Source of the DNA: Saccostrea echinata
Lineage: Eukaryota
Reading direction: 5' to 3'
DNA length: 64,000 nucleotides
Assembly (NCBI RefSeq): GCF_033153115.1
Contig: NW_026889750.1
Coordinates: 31,930,001 to 31,994,000, forward strand
Below are positions 37,346 to 48,792 of this stretch, piece after piece (position 1 is the stretch's first letter; each line of letters begins with the position of its first letter). Below the pieces are notes generated by a model. It had not been told where the DNA came from. It saw only the letters and a program-made list of their open reading frames with translations, and did not search any database. Both the position numbers and the translations under genes were made by a program.

Positions 37346-39982
37346 ATGTTTGAAACCATGAAGTATACTGCGTCTCTGCTTGTAATTTTGCTATATATAT
37401 CTGACGTATACACCCAGAATGACAGCATGGCGGTACCCTCCACCACTGCCGCTAACCAAGCTTGCAGCATAGTCATACAAGGCAAGAAAACCAAAGAGGA
37501 CTTTGACAGTCTGTTCAACAAAGACACCAAAAAGATGGTGAAAATCCAATTCAATTTTCAAAACGACACACAAGGACCATTGACAGGATTAGCAGAAACA
37601 AACATTTTTTTACCCTTAACGTGGATAAAAACCAAAGTACTAGAAGCCAGTCAATTACTAATGCTGAAAGAGGAACTCGTTTCTTTTAAATACTCGACAC
37701 TACGTTATGGTGTTGAAAATTTTGCTGTGAGTATTGCAGAAGATCCCGAAAACTGCTTTGCCACAAACAATCTAAATGCAACTCATCTAGAATCCAAACT
37801 GAGGGACCTCGTTCTGAGCAGTTTTGATCCAGATAATACGGGAGCGAGTCCCGAGGGTCACCAAGTATGTAATCAACACATTAAGGATAATGGTCAAGGG
37901 GTAGCGGAGTTCTATTACTTTTGTTGTAATAGAGACGAGGATGGTAATATCGTTTGCTCAGAACTGAAAGAAGATTTTGGACTCCTCGTATTTTTCCGCA
38001 TACTTGTGATTGTTAGCATTGTGGCGTTGTTATATAGTCCCCTTTTAGTGCCGGAACATTGGTATCGTAAGAAATACATAAACTTGAAATTTACTCACAC
38101 ACTTAATGACACGGCTAAGGTCAAGATCTTAAAGACAGCAGATAGCACACATATTCAAAAATCTAAGAATACGATAAGATATAAGGATCTTCTATCCAAT
38201 CCTCATATGCATTTATTCAAAGACGTAGTGACCGATTTGCGGGAGGACCAGGTATATGTGATAACGATGTCCAGACTTTTGTTTAAAATGAAAGCAGATC
38301 ATTTGGTTACGGCTAAATATGTCCCCATTGAAATATTTAGAACTGTATACAAGGCCATATTTAAATGCAAGGTTCGAGATCGAGATGCAGTGAAGAACTG
38401 TTGTTATAGCAATATGTGTTGGCCTTTAAGACCCTGTAAGAGAACTGTAGCGTGGTATAAATGTTTGGAAAATCTCATGTCTCTGCTGCTTCTACCACTT
38501 ATTGCAATACCCTGGGTAATACGACTTTACTTTTATTATGTCTATGAAGACGTTAACAGAAATCTGCGGGACGAGGCGGCAAAGACGCACAATCTTCGCC
38601 CAGATTATCCTGGAAATCTCATGGCTTACCTCACGCCTTCCCATGGAATTTTCCTCTTCTGTTATACTGTGTTCATATTTGACATTTTTCTGTTTCTTAT
38701 TTTACAGAAGAAAGCGGTGGAACGCTCTTCATATGTTATAAGACGATCTTTCCGAGATATGCGTGGCATAAACCGAACCAAGGCCTTTGCATTTTGTATA
38801 AAAATCCTCCTTATCCCAATTAGGAAATGTGGCATTTTCTTTTTGGTGGTTGGCTGGATCTACTTAGTAGTTGCAGTCCCTCTACTGCTGCTGGCTATTG
38901 CCCTTTATTCTATGCCTCTGGTTAACATTATTTGTCGATTTCTGTTTCAGTTCTTGGAAAACAAATTCCCGGAAAAGTGTTCTGATCCCGTAATCAAGTC
39001 ATACGAAGACTTGTATAAGAAGGACTACATAATCCCAAGACCGATATTTGTTGATGATGGGCCACAGAAAGATCCAAGGTCAAATGCGGAGAGACTGGCT
39101 AAATGGCTGATTACTCTGTTGCTCGTTATATCCCTTATCGCCTGGACGGTGTTGGCTTTTGAGTTTATTATTGTGTTCATTGAATATCTTTTCTATCAGC
39201 TAGTTGGACTGGTATTGAATTGGAGTGTATGGAGTCCCTATGTAGCACTGGCTCTTCTTCTGGTTTTCTATGCTAGGAATTCCTTTAGGAGTGTCACCCA
39301 ACGATACCAAAAGTTTAGTGAAAAACTTATAGATTATGTTAACTCAAAAGTAAAGGACGAAGACATAAGAGCTTTAATTAAGAAAGACCCAAAGGACCAA
39401 AGGAATAACGCTTTCCAACTTAATGATGAATGTGACGAAAAACAGGAATTTGAATTATTTGTCCGAGACTCACAACTGGGATGGAAAATGCCTCGAGTGG
39501 TTTTATTCTTAGACATCACCGATATAACTTATATTACTAAGCGCTTTTTCTTTAAAGTTGCCATTATGCTCAATGCTGGATGTCCAGGTAGTCTCACAAT
39601 CAATCTTTTGTCCGCATTATCGAAGTTCATTGTAAATCTCATATTTCTGCTCTTTGTGCTTCTGATCGTTGGAGTGTTCGGCGAGGAAAAAGAGGTGTCC
39701 GGACTTAACCAAGCTCTTTTAGCAACTGTAGCGGGATTCCTGCCATATGTTTTCGAGAGGTATCTTATAAAATATCCTCCAAAATATGATTTGAATACAG
39801 GGAGTCCCATTTTCCAAGTAACTTTTGATGAATTCCTCCAGGATTATAAGGAGACCGCTTTTGTTTCTGACATTGAGGCATTAAGTACAGATGAATGCTC
39901 GGACAAAACACAAATAGATCTTCTGATAGACACGAGTGAAGGAACAACCGGAAATTATCTTTTAAATGCTGATGTTGTGTAA
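37346..39982 (+). CDS. Uncharacterised multi-pass membrane protein, 878 aa, single coding exon
   Basis: 2.6-kb uninterrupted ORF in AT-rich DNA. N-terminal signal peptide (MKYTASLLVILLYISDVYT), Cys-containing ectodomain with N-glycosylation sequons, about 9-10 hydrophobic segments. A ttttag acceptor 3 nt before the ATG suggests a 5' UTR intron. Confidence 0.9.
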   Translation: MFETMKYTASLLVILLYISDVYTQNDSMAVPSTTAANQACSIVIQGKKTKEDFDSLFNKDTKKMVKIQFNFQNDTQGPLTGLAETNIFLPLTWIKTKVLEASQLLMLKEELVSFKYSTLRYGVENFAVSIAEDPENCFATNNLNATHLESKLRDLVLSSFDPDNTGASPEGHQVCNQHIKDNGQGVAEFYYFCCNRDEDGNIVCSELKEDFGLLVFFRILVIVSIVALLYSPLLVPEHWYRKKYINLKFTHTLNDTAKVKILKTADSTHIQKSKNTIRYKDLLSNPHMHLFKDVVTDLREDQVYVITMSRLLFKMKADHLVTAKYVPIEIFRTVYKAIFKCKVRDRDAVKNCCYSNMCWPLRPCKRTVAWYKCLENLMSLLLLPLIAIPWVIRLYFYYVYEDVNRNLRDEAAKTHNLRPDYPGNLMAYLTPSHGIFLFCYTVFIFDIFLFLILQKKAVERSSYVIRRSFRDMRGINRTKAFAFCIKILLIPIRKCGIFFLVVGWIYLVVAVPLLLLAIALYSMPLVNIICRFLFQFLENKFPEKCSDPVIKSYEDLYKKDYIIPRPIFVDDGPQKDPRSNAERLAKWLITLLLVISLIAWTVLAFEFIIVFIEYLFYQLVGLVLNWSVWSPYVALALLLVFYARNSFRSVTQRYQKFSEKLIDYVNSKVKDEDIRALIKKDPKDQRNNAFQLNDECDEKQEFELFVRDSQLGWKMPRVVLFLDITDITYITKRFFFKVAIMLNAGCPGSLTINLLSALSKFIVNLIFLLFVLLIVGVFGEEKEVSGLNQALLATVAGFLPYVFERYLIKYPPKYDLNTGSPIFQVTFDEFLQDYKETAFVSDIEALSTDECSDKTQIDLLIDTSEGTTGNYLLNADVV

Positions 39983-40298
39983 ATATTGCTTTAAGTATAG
40001 GGACAATATAAATTCTCCTTCAATCTTAATCATATTTTATAATTAGCGTTAATTTCTTTTATATAGTTTATATATCATCATTCAATACAAACCTCGAGAG
40101 ACTAATATTAATGGGTGATGCAAAGATCAATAATTTTTTTTTTAAATATTGTTCACGTTTTTTAAAAGTATTTATTTAAAACTTCTGGTCGGCTGAAAGG
40201 TACGTCGTGAACGGAATGTTCTGTCTGTAATATTCTCCAGAAATTCGTATAACAGTTCCCAGTCCAACATCATCAGAGGTATTTGGTTTTCCATTAAA

Positions 40299-41208
40299 AA
40301 ACAAGATGTGTTTGTGAAACACTGATATGGCAACTTATAGCGAATGTTAAACTTTCTCAAATAATGCAAATCAAATACTTTGGTACCAAAGTAAGGTCTT
40401 GTCTCGAGGAATATACCTGTGAAATATGAAAGCCCTAGCAGCAGCCATTGAATAGATATGGAAAAGGTTAAAGTTTTTCAAAAGTAAGCCAAAAATCAAG
40501 GTCAAAATCAATGGTGCCCAAGGAAAGGCCTTCTCACAAGAAATACACCTGTGAAATATGAAAGCCCTGGTACTCACCTTTCAAAAATTATGGCATAGGT
40601 TAAAGTTTTTATTAAAGTGGGTCAAACTCCAAGGTCAAGGTCAAAAATATTTGTACCCAAGGAATACACATGTGAAGTATGAAAGCCCTAGCACTAATCG
40701 TTCAAAATTATGTTAAAGTTTTGGTAAAATTTTGCAAAAGTGGGTCAAGCTTTTCTTGTGACAAGATCTCTCCTTGGGTACCAACAATTTTGACTCTAAC
40801 CTTGTTTGACCCACTTTTCAAAAAAACTTTTACCATAATTTTTAAACAGTTGGTGCAAGGGCTTTCGTATTTCACAGGTGTATTTCTTGTGACACCTTCC
40901 CTTGGCAAAATACAAGGAATACACTTGTGAAGTATGAAAGCCCTAGCACCAATCGTTCAAAAATTATGGCCAAGGTTATGCAAAAAGTGGGTCAAACTCC
41001 AAGGTCAAGATCAAGGTGTCAAATATGTTGATACCCAGACTAAGGTCTTGTCACAAGGAATGCACATGTGAAATATGAAAGCCATAGCTCCAACCAATCA
41101 AAAGTTATGGGCAAAGTTAAAGTTTTTGCGGACAAACAGACAGACAGAAATAAGGACGGACAGGGCAAAAATATATGCCTCCGAATCTTCGGTCACTGGG
41201 GCATAAAA
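40299..41208 (-). mobile_element. HINE-type element family D copy 2 (inverted, internally rearranged)
   Basis: Ends are the reverse complement of those at 34842-36091; a short internal inversion lies at about 40750-40900. Confidence 0.85.
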
Positions 41209-41907
41209 AAGACAGAAGAAGAAAAGCATATACAGGTATAGGGCTAAGGCAAAGAAAGAGATCACACACGAAACGGGCATGGAATTTATGTACTGTTTCT
41301 GTGGATACAGCTCATGAAGTTAACAAACAGTGTTCTTTCTTGGTTTCTATAACAGCCAAAATCTTGTACAAGTCATATTCTAAACTTGTATAAGTGAGTG
41401 GCTCAGAATAGTTTTTTAAACTACTGGGTTTGTTTATAGATTAGACAAAATCAGGAACATAAGCAACTGATACCACGAACACTACCGTTTCAGACTGCAA
41501 CTTTCAGTGCAAATAAAATGCACAATTCTTTTCATTGCCAATGACCATGGTCATAACTTATAACGAAAAATAAAACAGAATAAAGAACAAGCATTGAAAA
41601 GTATGGGCTTTAAAAATGCAGTCACATGGTGCGTGGTCATAAATGAACTTTCATTTTTTTGTGTATATAATGTTTTTTTTTTCATCAATATTGTTTCTTG
41701 GCTTCTTTGAGAGCCCAAGACTCGAACAAGTCACATTCTGAACTTATATGGATGAGTGACTCAAAACTTTAGTAATCTACTGGGTCTGTCTATAAAATAA
41801 ACCACACCAGGGATATTAGCAAATGGTACCACGAACACTACCGTTTCAGACTGTGACTTGAATGCATATTTACAAAAGAAAAATAAGACTATAACGGTAT
41901 GAACAAT

Positions 41908-43846
41908 AACTAGAGTGTTCTAAGGAACGCATATGTCGCCTGCTTTGTAGCTTCATTAAAGATGTGAATAAATCTAAGAGTGGTTAGCTTTTTATTTACT
42001 ATTAGCATTGTAGTGCATGCATTTGCCTGCAAAGAGAAAATGGCATCCATGGATAGTATAAGACTGCGATAGAATCTGACAATCAAAGAAAATATGGTTC
42101 CCTAACCCTCAAATGAATAATTAAATTGAAATTATTGGAAATAACTATTTATCATTTTATTAATACGTGACTCCAACAATCCTTCAAAAGAGATTTCAGT
42201 ACGTCTTAACTGCAATTGTCAGTCTACACCATCCATTGTGGAATACCAATCCCAATGTATTTTCATAGTATTTAAATATAAGTTTGTGTGGTAACTGAAT
42301 ATCATACAGTTTCAAAGTAATGTATCATGAGCTCAACGTGTTTCAAACAATCCTCCAAAAGAGATTTCAGTTTGTCTTTACTGCAATTGTCAGTCCACAC
42401 GATCAACTGTGGAATACCGATCTCAATGTATTTTCATAGTATTTAAATATAAGTTTGTGTGGTAACTGAATATCATACTATTTCAAAGTATAGTATCATG
42501 AGCTCATAAACATGTATAAATGCTAATTATCAAAATTTCAAAAGACAAAGGTTAAAATTAACTGTCCGGGGTATTTATTGCAAAGTAGGTCAAAGGTCAA
42601 GGTCAAGTGGATTGTAATGCTGGTATTTTTCATATTGTCTTATGACAAACAGTGCACATGCTAAACAGCGTAGACTTACCTCTTAAATGTCAAAAATATG
42701 CTGTACATCGGCACTTTGAACTATTTTGTAAAGTAGGTGAAAGGTCAAGGGTCACGAGGTTGGTAACCATGGAAATTTACAAAAGCCATAGTGCCAAGCA
42801 ATATATGTGCACAATACCTTCAAGATCTACTAAAACCTTGTATTCCACCCCACACCCCATATTCCTTAAGAAACAATGATGGTCTTACTTTTCTTATTCC
42901 CCAAACTAGGACCACATCATATATGAATAGTTATTTCCCGCCTACAATTAAACTATGGAATAATTTACCATATCATATTAGAAATTTACCAACTCTATCT
43001 TCATTCACTAATGCCATTAAAAAGGCTCATTACAGAACTCCCAATAAGCTTTTTAATCATGGAAATCGTAGTCAAAATATTATTCATTGTCAATTAAGAA
43101 ATAATGCTAGTAGTTTAAATGCTGATTTACAGAAAGATTATATAATTGAAAGTTCCAAATGTGAAAACTGTGGGTTTTCATACTGAAAATGCATATCATT
43201 TTTTCTTAGAGTGTCCATGTTATGTCGAGCAAAGAAATACTCTTTTTAATTGTATATCTAGTATAGACCTGCAACATCCTGTATCTCTATATCTATTGTT
43301 ATTTGGTGATAGTAATATTCCTTATGCAAAAAATAGGAAATTGTCTGATTGTGTTCATAAATATATTTAACAAACCAAGAGGTTTCATAAATGATGTGAA
43401 ATTAAGAAATATTTGTTTCTTGTTTAAATCAAATACACATTCATTGTATTTTATATAAATTGCTGTAATTCCCATTTTTCAGTTTTTTTCTCTCATTTTC
43501 ACATAAACCGGTATTCATTTGGTTTTTTTTCTCCACTGTTATTTATTTATTTATTTTTTATTTTCTCCGAAATTTCATTCAATTTTGTGTTACTTAACTA
43601 TAACTTATTGGTGATATGAACCTGTATTTATATGTAGTAATATGTATATTTTAATTAACCTTGTACCTGTGGAGAAGGCTTATATAGGCTATGCCTGCTG
43701 CCCAATCCAGTTATGTATTTATTACATAATAAAATATGTTCAAAACAGTTCTCCAGATACAGGATGTGACAGATTGATAGACAGACAGACAGACGCCGGG
43801 TAAAGTGATCCCTAAGTGCCGCTCTGCTCTGCAGGCGACACAAAAA
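41908..43846 (-). mobile_element. HINE-type element containing a nested LINE fragment and a tandem duplication of about 172 bp
   Basis: subTIR tgtcgcctgc (41935) / gcaggcgaca (43830), (gaca)n at 43780, duplicated block 42173-42335 / 42345-42506. Confidence 0.65.
42815..43745 (+). mobile_element. 5'-truncated CR1/L2-group LINE (ORF2 C-terminus plus 3' UTR), frameshifted
   Basis: PYSLRN...RTTSYMNSYFPPTIKLWNNLP...IIHCQLRNNASSLN...C ENCG/ENAYHFFLECPCY, split over two frames; 3' UTR ends with aataaaa. Confidence 0.85.
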
Positions 43847-44390
43847 TGACATCACGAGAAAGTAGGTGTGGAACGAATTTACTCTTTTCAGATGTATACA
43901 ACTTAGGAGACATTAAATCTGTGTTGTTTCTTGGCTTCCTTGTACAAGTCGCATTCTTAACTTTAAAGTGTAAGTGGAGTCAAAACAATTTCTTTAACCT
44001 ATCGGGTATGTTGATGGAAAAGACATAAACCAGGGAGATTAGTAGCTTGTACCATAAACACTACCGTTTTACACAGCATTTTGTGTGCATATACAAATCA
44101 AATTTGTTATCGTTGGCAATGGGTATACTCATAACCAACAACTAGAAATAAAACAGAATATCATGAAAGAAATATTTTCAAAACAATTAAATATAAAAAA
44201 TAAATTATCCAACTCTATGGGCATAATGATTATACTTTGAAAATATATTAGTACATTACTTACACTTCTTTTTGATTAAGGATGCCACATAATCCACACG
44301 ATGGAGGGCAAATATACACCCTGGATTTTGGTGTTGTGATTTTTTTTATAATTGAAATTCGTTATTTTTTTTTTAATTCAGACACGACAC

Positions 44391-47125
44391 TATGGAATTC
44401 CATATACGACAGCCAACTGCTTACTGCCAACTGCTCACTGCTTACTGCCAACTGCTCACTGCTTACTGCCAACTGCCACACGTATTTGAATAAATTTTCA
44501 TATTTATATTGATATTTATGTGAATTTTCATAAAACCAGGCGCGGATCCAGGATTTTTTTTACAGGAGGGGTCCACCCCAGTAAAAAAAAATCCAACACA
44601 GAAATTTCTTGACCAAAAAAAAAAAAAAAAAAAAAAAAAAACAAACAAACAAACAAACAAAAACGTAAAATCCTTTCATAAACGTAAAAAACCTATTTCG
44701 GGGGGTGGGGGGGTGGGGGGTGGGAGGGGGATTGACATCTTATGCTTCATATCTATGACTTTTCATATCAACTTAACATGGATCCACGTTTTCTAGGAGG
44801 GGGGGGGGGGTCCAAGGTCACAGTGGCTTTTAGTTGGTTTAATATATACATTAAATAGCTCTACAAATTCCAGGGGGTGGTCCGGACACCCACCCATCCC
44901 CTCCCACCGACCCCCCCCCCCCTAGATCCGTGTATGTAAAACATAACTTATTTGGGAAAACAAAGAGATATAGATCTTTAATTTGAGAAAATATTTCACT
45001 ATAGAAATTAACGGAAAATGGAAATTTATTTTCAAACATCTTCCCCGCGAAACAACAGATCCCTTTTTTCCGTTTTTATTCATTCCAAAGGTTTTGTTGT
45101 CTCACGGGGGGGGGGGGGGGGACACGTGTTTGAAGATTAAAAACAGGAAAATAGTCATTTTATTACCAATTTTAAATGAGATCACAAATAAGAAATGTAC
45201 TTTATCACTTTATCAATCTCACATGTTAAATCTTACAAAAGTTAAAACATACGGTGAGATTTAAGAGTCATTTATCCATTTTCATTTTCATGAAGGCGGG
45301 AATCGAGAGTTGGAGTGCGTAGTTCTTACAATAATAACAAAATTTGGCGGATTTAGGAATTTTTAAACTGTAAAGTCGAGGAGGGAGTAAATCGGAAGAA
45401 GGGGTGTTTCCTCTTAAAAACAAAACATTTAATTTCTGCATTTCGTTGCAGGCAAATAATTTGATAGCTTTTTTTGACGCGGGTAAGGGGGGGGGGGGCG
45501 GGTCACATACGACAAAAGAACAAACTTTTAAAAGGGTCTTGAGTAACATTTGTTGGTATATGTATTTATAATAGAAATATTACTGAAAGTTATAATAACA
45601 AATAACTTTTGCCTAGTTTAAAACATCGAGTAAAACTTTTGGATTTTCTTTTTACCCTAGGAAAAGTACCTATGTGTGGGAATTTTTATATGTGTCTTAT
45701 GTAAATCGTTTTAATGGCTAATGTTCGACCTGTTAGATCTGTAAAAAAACATTCGTGGTGGTGGTGGTTGGGGGGGGGGGGGCGTAAACACTAAATTTCC
45801 AACATATACTATATACAGTAGTTCTCCCTTACGGAAGCGTATTAGTGCCACGTAATGTTTTTTTTTTAAAGTTGGCTTTGCCAACTTTAAAATTGGAAAT
45901 TCCAACTTTAAAGATGAAAATTCCAACTTTAAAGTTGGCTTTTCCAACTTTAATCTTGGCTTTCCCAACTTTAAAGTTGGTAATTCCAACTTTAAAGTTG
46001 GCCAAATTCCGCCAAATTTTGTTATTATTGTAAGAACTATGCACACCAACTCTCGATTTCCGCCTACATTTTCCATCCATTTAATTCAATATAAATGGCA
46101 ATTTGGACATAAAAACTTGTTTGAATGCAAGAAAAGTTCATTAGTATTAAGAACTAATTTTAAAAAACCAGTGACAAAAAGTTAATTGCTCTTATTTACA
46201 ACTCCTTTCATAAGGGGGTAGAAAATTTTATTAATTGAAATCAGGCTGAAAACGTCACCATTTTCAAATACTCATGAAAATGATAATGGATAAATGACTC
46301 TTGAATCTCACCGTATGTTTTAACTTATGTAAAATTTAACATATGAGATTGATAAAGTGATAAAGTACATTTTTTATTTGTGATCTCATTTAAAATTGGT
46401 CATAAAATGACTATTTTCCTGTTTTTAATCTTTAACCACGTGCCCCCCCCCCCCCCCCCCCCCCCCGTGAGACAACAAATAAAAACTGAAAAAAAGGATC
46501 TGTTGTTTCGCGGGGGAAGATGTTTTGAAAATAAATTTCCATTTTCCGTTAATTTCTATAGTGAAATATTTTTTTCAAATTAAAGATTTATATCTCTTTG
46601 TTTTCCCAAATAAGTTATGTTTTACATACATAGATCTAGAGGAGGGGGGGGTCGTTGGGAAGGGGGGGTTCCAGACCACCCCCTGGAATTTGTAGAGTTA
46701 TTCAATGTATAGACCTATACTACACCAACTAAAAGTGACCTTGGAAACCCACCCACCCCTAGAAAACGCGGATCCGTGTTAAGTTGATATGAAAAGTCAG
46801 AGATATGAAGCATAAGATGTCAATCCCCCCCCCCCCCCCCCGCCGAAATAGGTTTTTCACGTTTAGTTGAGGAGTTTACGTTTTTTTTTGTTTTGTTTTT
46901 TTGTCAAGAAATTTCTGGGTTGGATTTTTTTTTACTGGGGTGGGCCCCTCCTGTAAAAAAAATCCTGGATGCGCGCCTGGTTTTATGAAAATTCACATAA
47001 ATATCAATATAAATATGAAAATTTATTCAAATATGTGTGGCAGTTGGCAGTAAGCAGTGAGCAGTTGGCAGTAAGCAGTGAGCAGTTGGCAGTAAGCAGT
47101 TGGCTGTCGTATATGGAATTCCATA
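44391..47125. mobile_element. Large foldback DNA transposon with inverted arms of about 0.9 kb, IS3EU-like termini
   Basis: cgacac|tatggaattccatatacgacagcc ... ggctgtcgtatatggaattccata|cgacac (6-bp TSD, TAY..RTA ends); arms 44391-~45293 and ~46272-47125. Confidence 0.88.
45866..46003. repeat. 21-bp tandem array built on the palindrome ccaactttaaagttgg
   Basis: About 6.5 units following a tacgg terminus-like sequence at 45830. Confidence 0.9.
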
Positions 47126-47364
47126 CGACACAGTTCAAGCTTTATCCTTTTGTTACAAAACATTTTTTAAAAAATTATTTTTCTAAATGACCTTTTACCC
47201 ATGAGGGAATTAGTAAGTGAAAAATGATACAATTGAATCAAAGCCAGAATAATGTTAGACACAACTAAAGGTACTATGAGTGAGTTCAAAATATATAATA
47301 ATTATTTGTAGGATTTTTTTTGAATGAAATAGCTAATATCCGTTTTGCATTACATTTTATTTTT

Positions 47365-48030
47365 CTGATAGTGACCTTGAGCTTGTCCAAAGGACCTTAG
47401 GTCAAGATCTTGACATCCCCAGGTCATAAGTAACCTTTGTGTCAGGTATGGGTTTCCAATCCTTTTCTGATACAAAGTTGAGCAGATAATAATTTAACGG
47501 TTTTTGTGCTGTTGACCTTTTTCTTGCTCAAATGACCTTGGACAAAGGTCATGACATACTAACTGGTTATAAGCATTCTTTGATTGATGTACAAGCATCT
47601 AATGTTTCTCTCTTAAAACGATCATAAAATGATTTTAAAAAATACACATTACATGTATTTTGCAAGTAACCACGAACTAACCTAAACCACCCGTATCAAG
47701 GACATGGCATTCTTCCAAGTGATTTTTTTTTTTTTTTGTTCCTGTGAACTTTCATTTCACCATTAAAAGATATGACTAGCACAGGAATTAAACATTTCTG
47801 CCAGTAACATTGAACTTGTAAAAATGACCTGGGTTAATTAGAATTTATGACAGACCCTCAGGCCGTAAGTAATATTTGTGTGAAGCATGAAATTCCAGTG
47901 TTACTTTATAAGAAAGTTATGAATTTACTCAACTTGTACACTTTTTTGCCAGTGACCTTAAACGTGGCTAAATGACCTTGATTAAAGGTCATGACACACT
48001 CTCATGTCATAAGCAATCTTTATGTTAAGT
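47365..48030. repeat. Degenerate HINE-type tandem units (gtgaccttga...ggtcatgacac)
   Basis: Four to five highly diverged units. Confidence 0.5.
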
Positions 48031-48792
48031 TTTGGGGTACAAATATCTTTTAATAATTAACTTTCCTGAAATAATTGGTATTATTATCATGTTTATGAGA
48101 GAACTAATTGAAAATGTTTGATTTTCAAATCGATTTCGAATTACTCCCATGTGCATTTTGATATTCTAATGACATGAAATGATTAGAAAATTCAAATTAA
48201 AACACACGTTTGTTACATAAAGACTGTAAAATTTTCACAAATGTTTAGTTGGAAAAGCTCACACTCTCTGTGTGTGAGCAGATGAATATTAGAATTCTTT
48301 TTATCATCTCTGGATTATACCAACTTTAATGTTGGAAGAATCGTCATATATCTTTTCAAAAAAAACAAAACAAAACAAAACAAACAACAACAACCAAACA
48401 AAACAAAAAACAAAGCAAAACAAAAAAACTATATTGACTAAAATCTTGATAAGTTTTTGAAAAATGCATTTTATTAATTTAGAGCTTTATTCGACCAATT
48501 AAAGTAAGATTACAACTCGTTTGAACATTTAAGTGTTGTTTTGGATGTTGACCTTTCTTCTTGTCCAACAAATGGGTCAAATCAGATAAAAGGCACTTGA
48601 AATTTTATTTAGAAAATGATAGGATTAGTAGCTTGGTATGATAATGGATGTAGCCATGTACTCAAACCCACACGGTGCTACCAACTTAACACCTTTACGC
48701 GGTTTTTCTCTTCTAGAGATAACCAAAGTCACTCTTATCTAAGTGCAGACGACAGTGCAACGTCTGCAGAAGACAGCAACCTGTAGAGAACA

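Noticed and set aside
45866-46003. CRISPR-like appearance of the palindromic repeat array
   Set aside because: Eukaryotic context, spacers only about 5 nt and not unique, no cas genes
45711-46080. Overlapping ORFs with PTLKLE / NFKVG repeats
   Set aside because: By-product of a stop-free 21-bp palindromic tandem array
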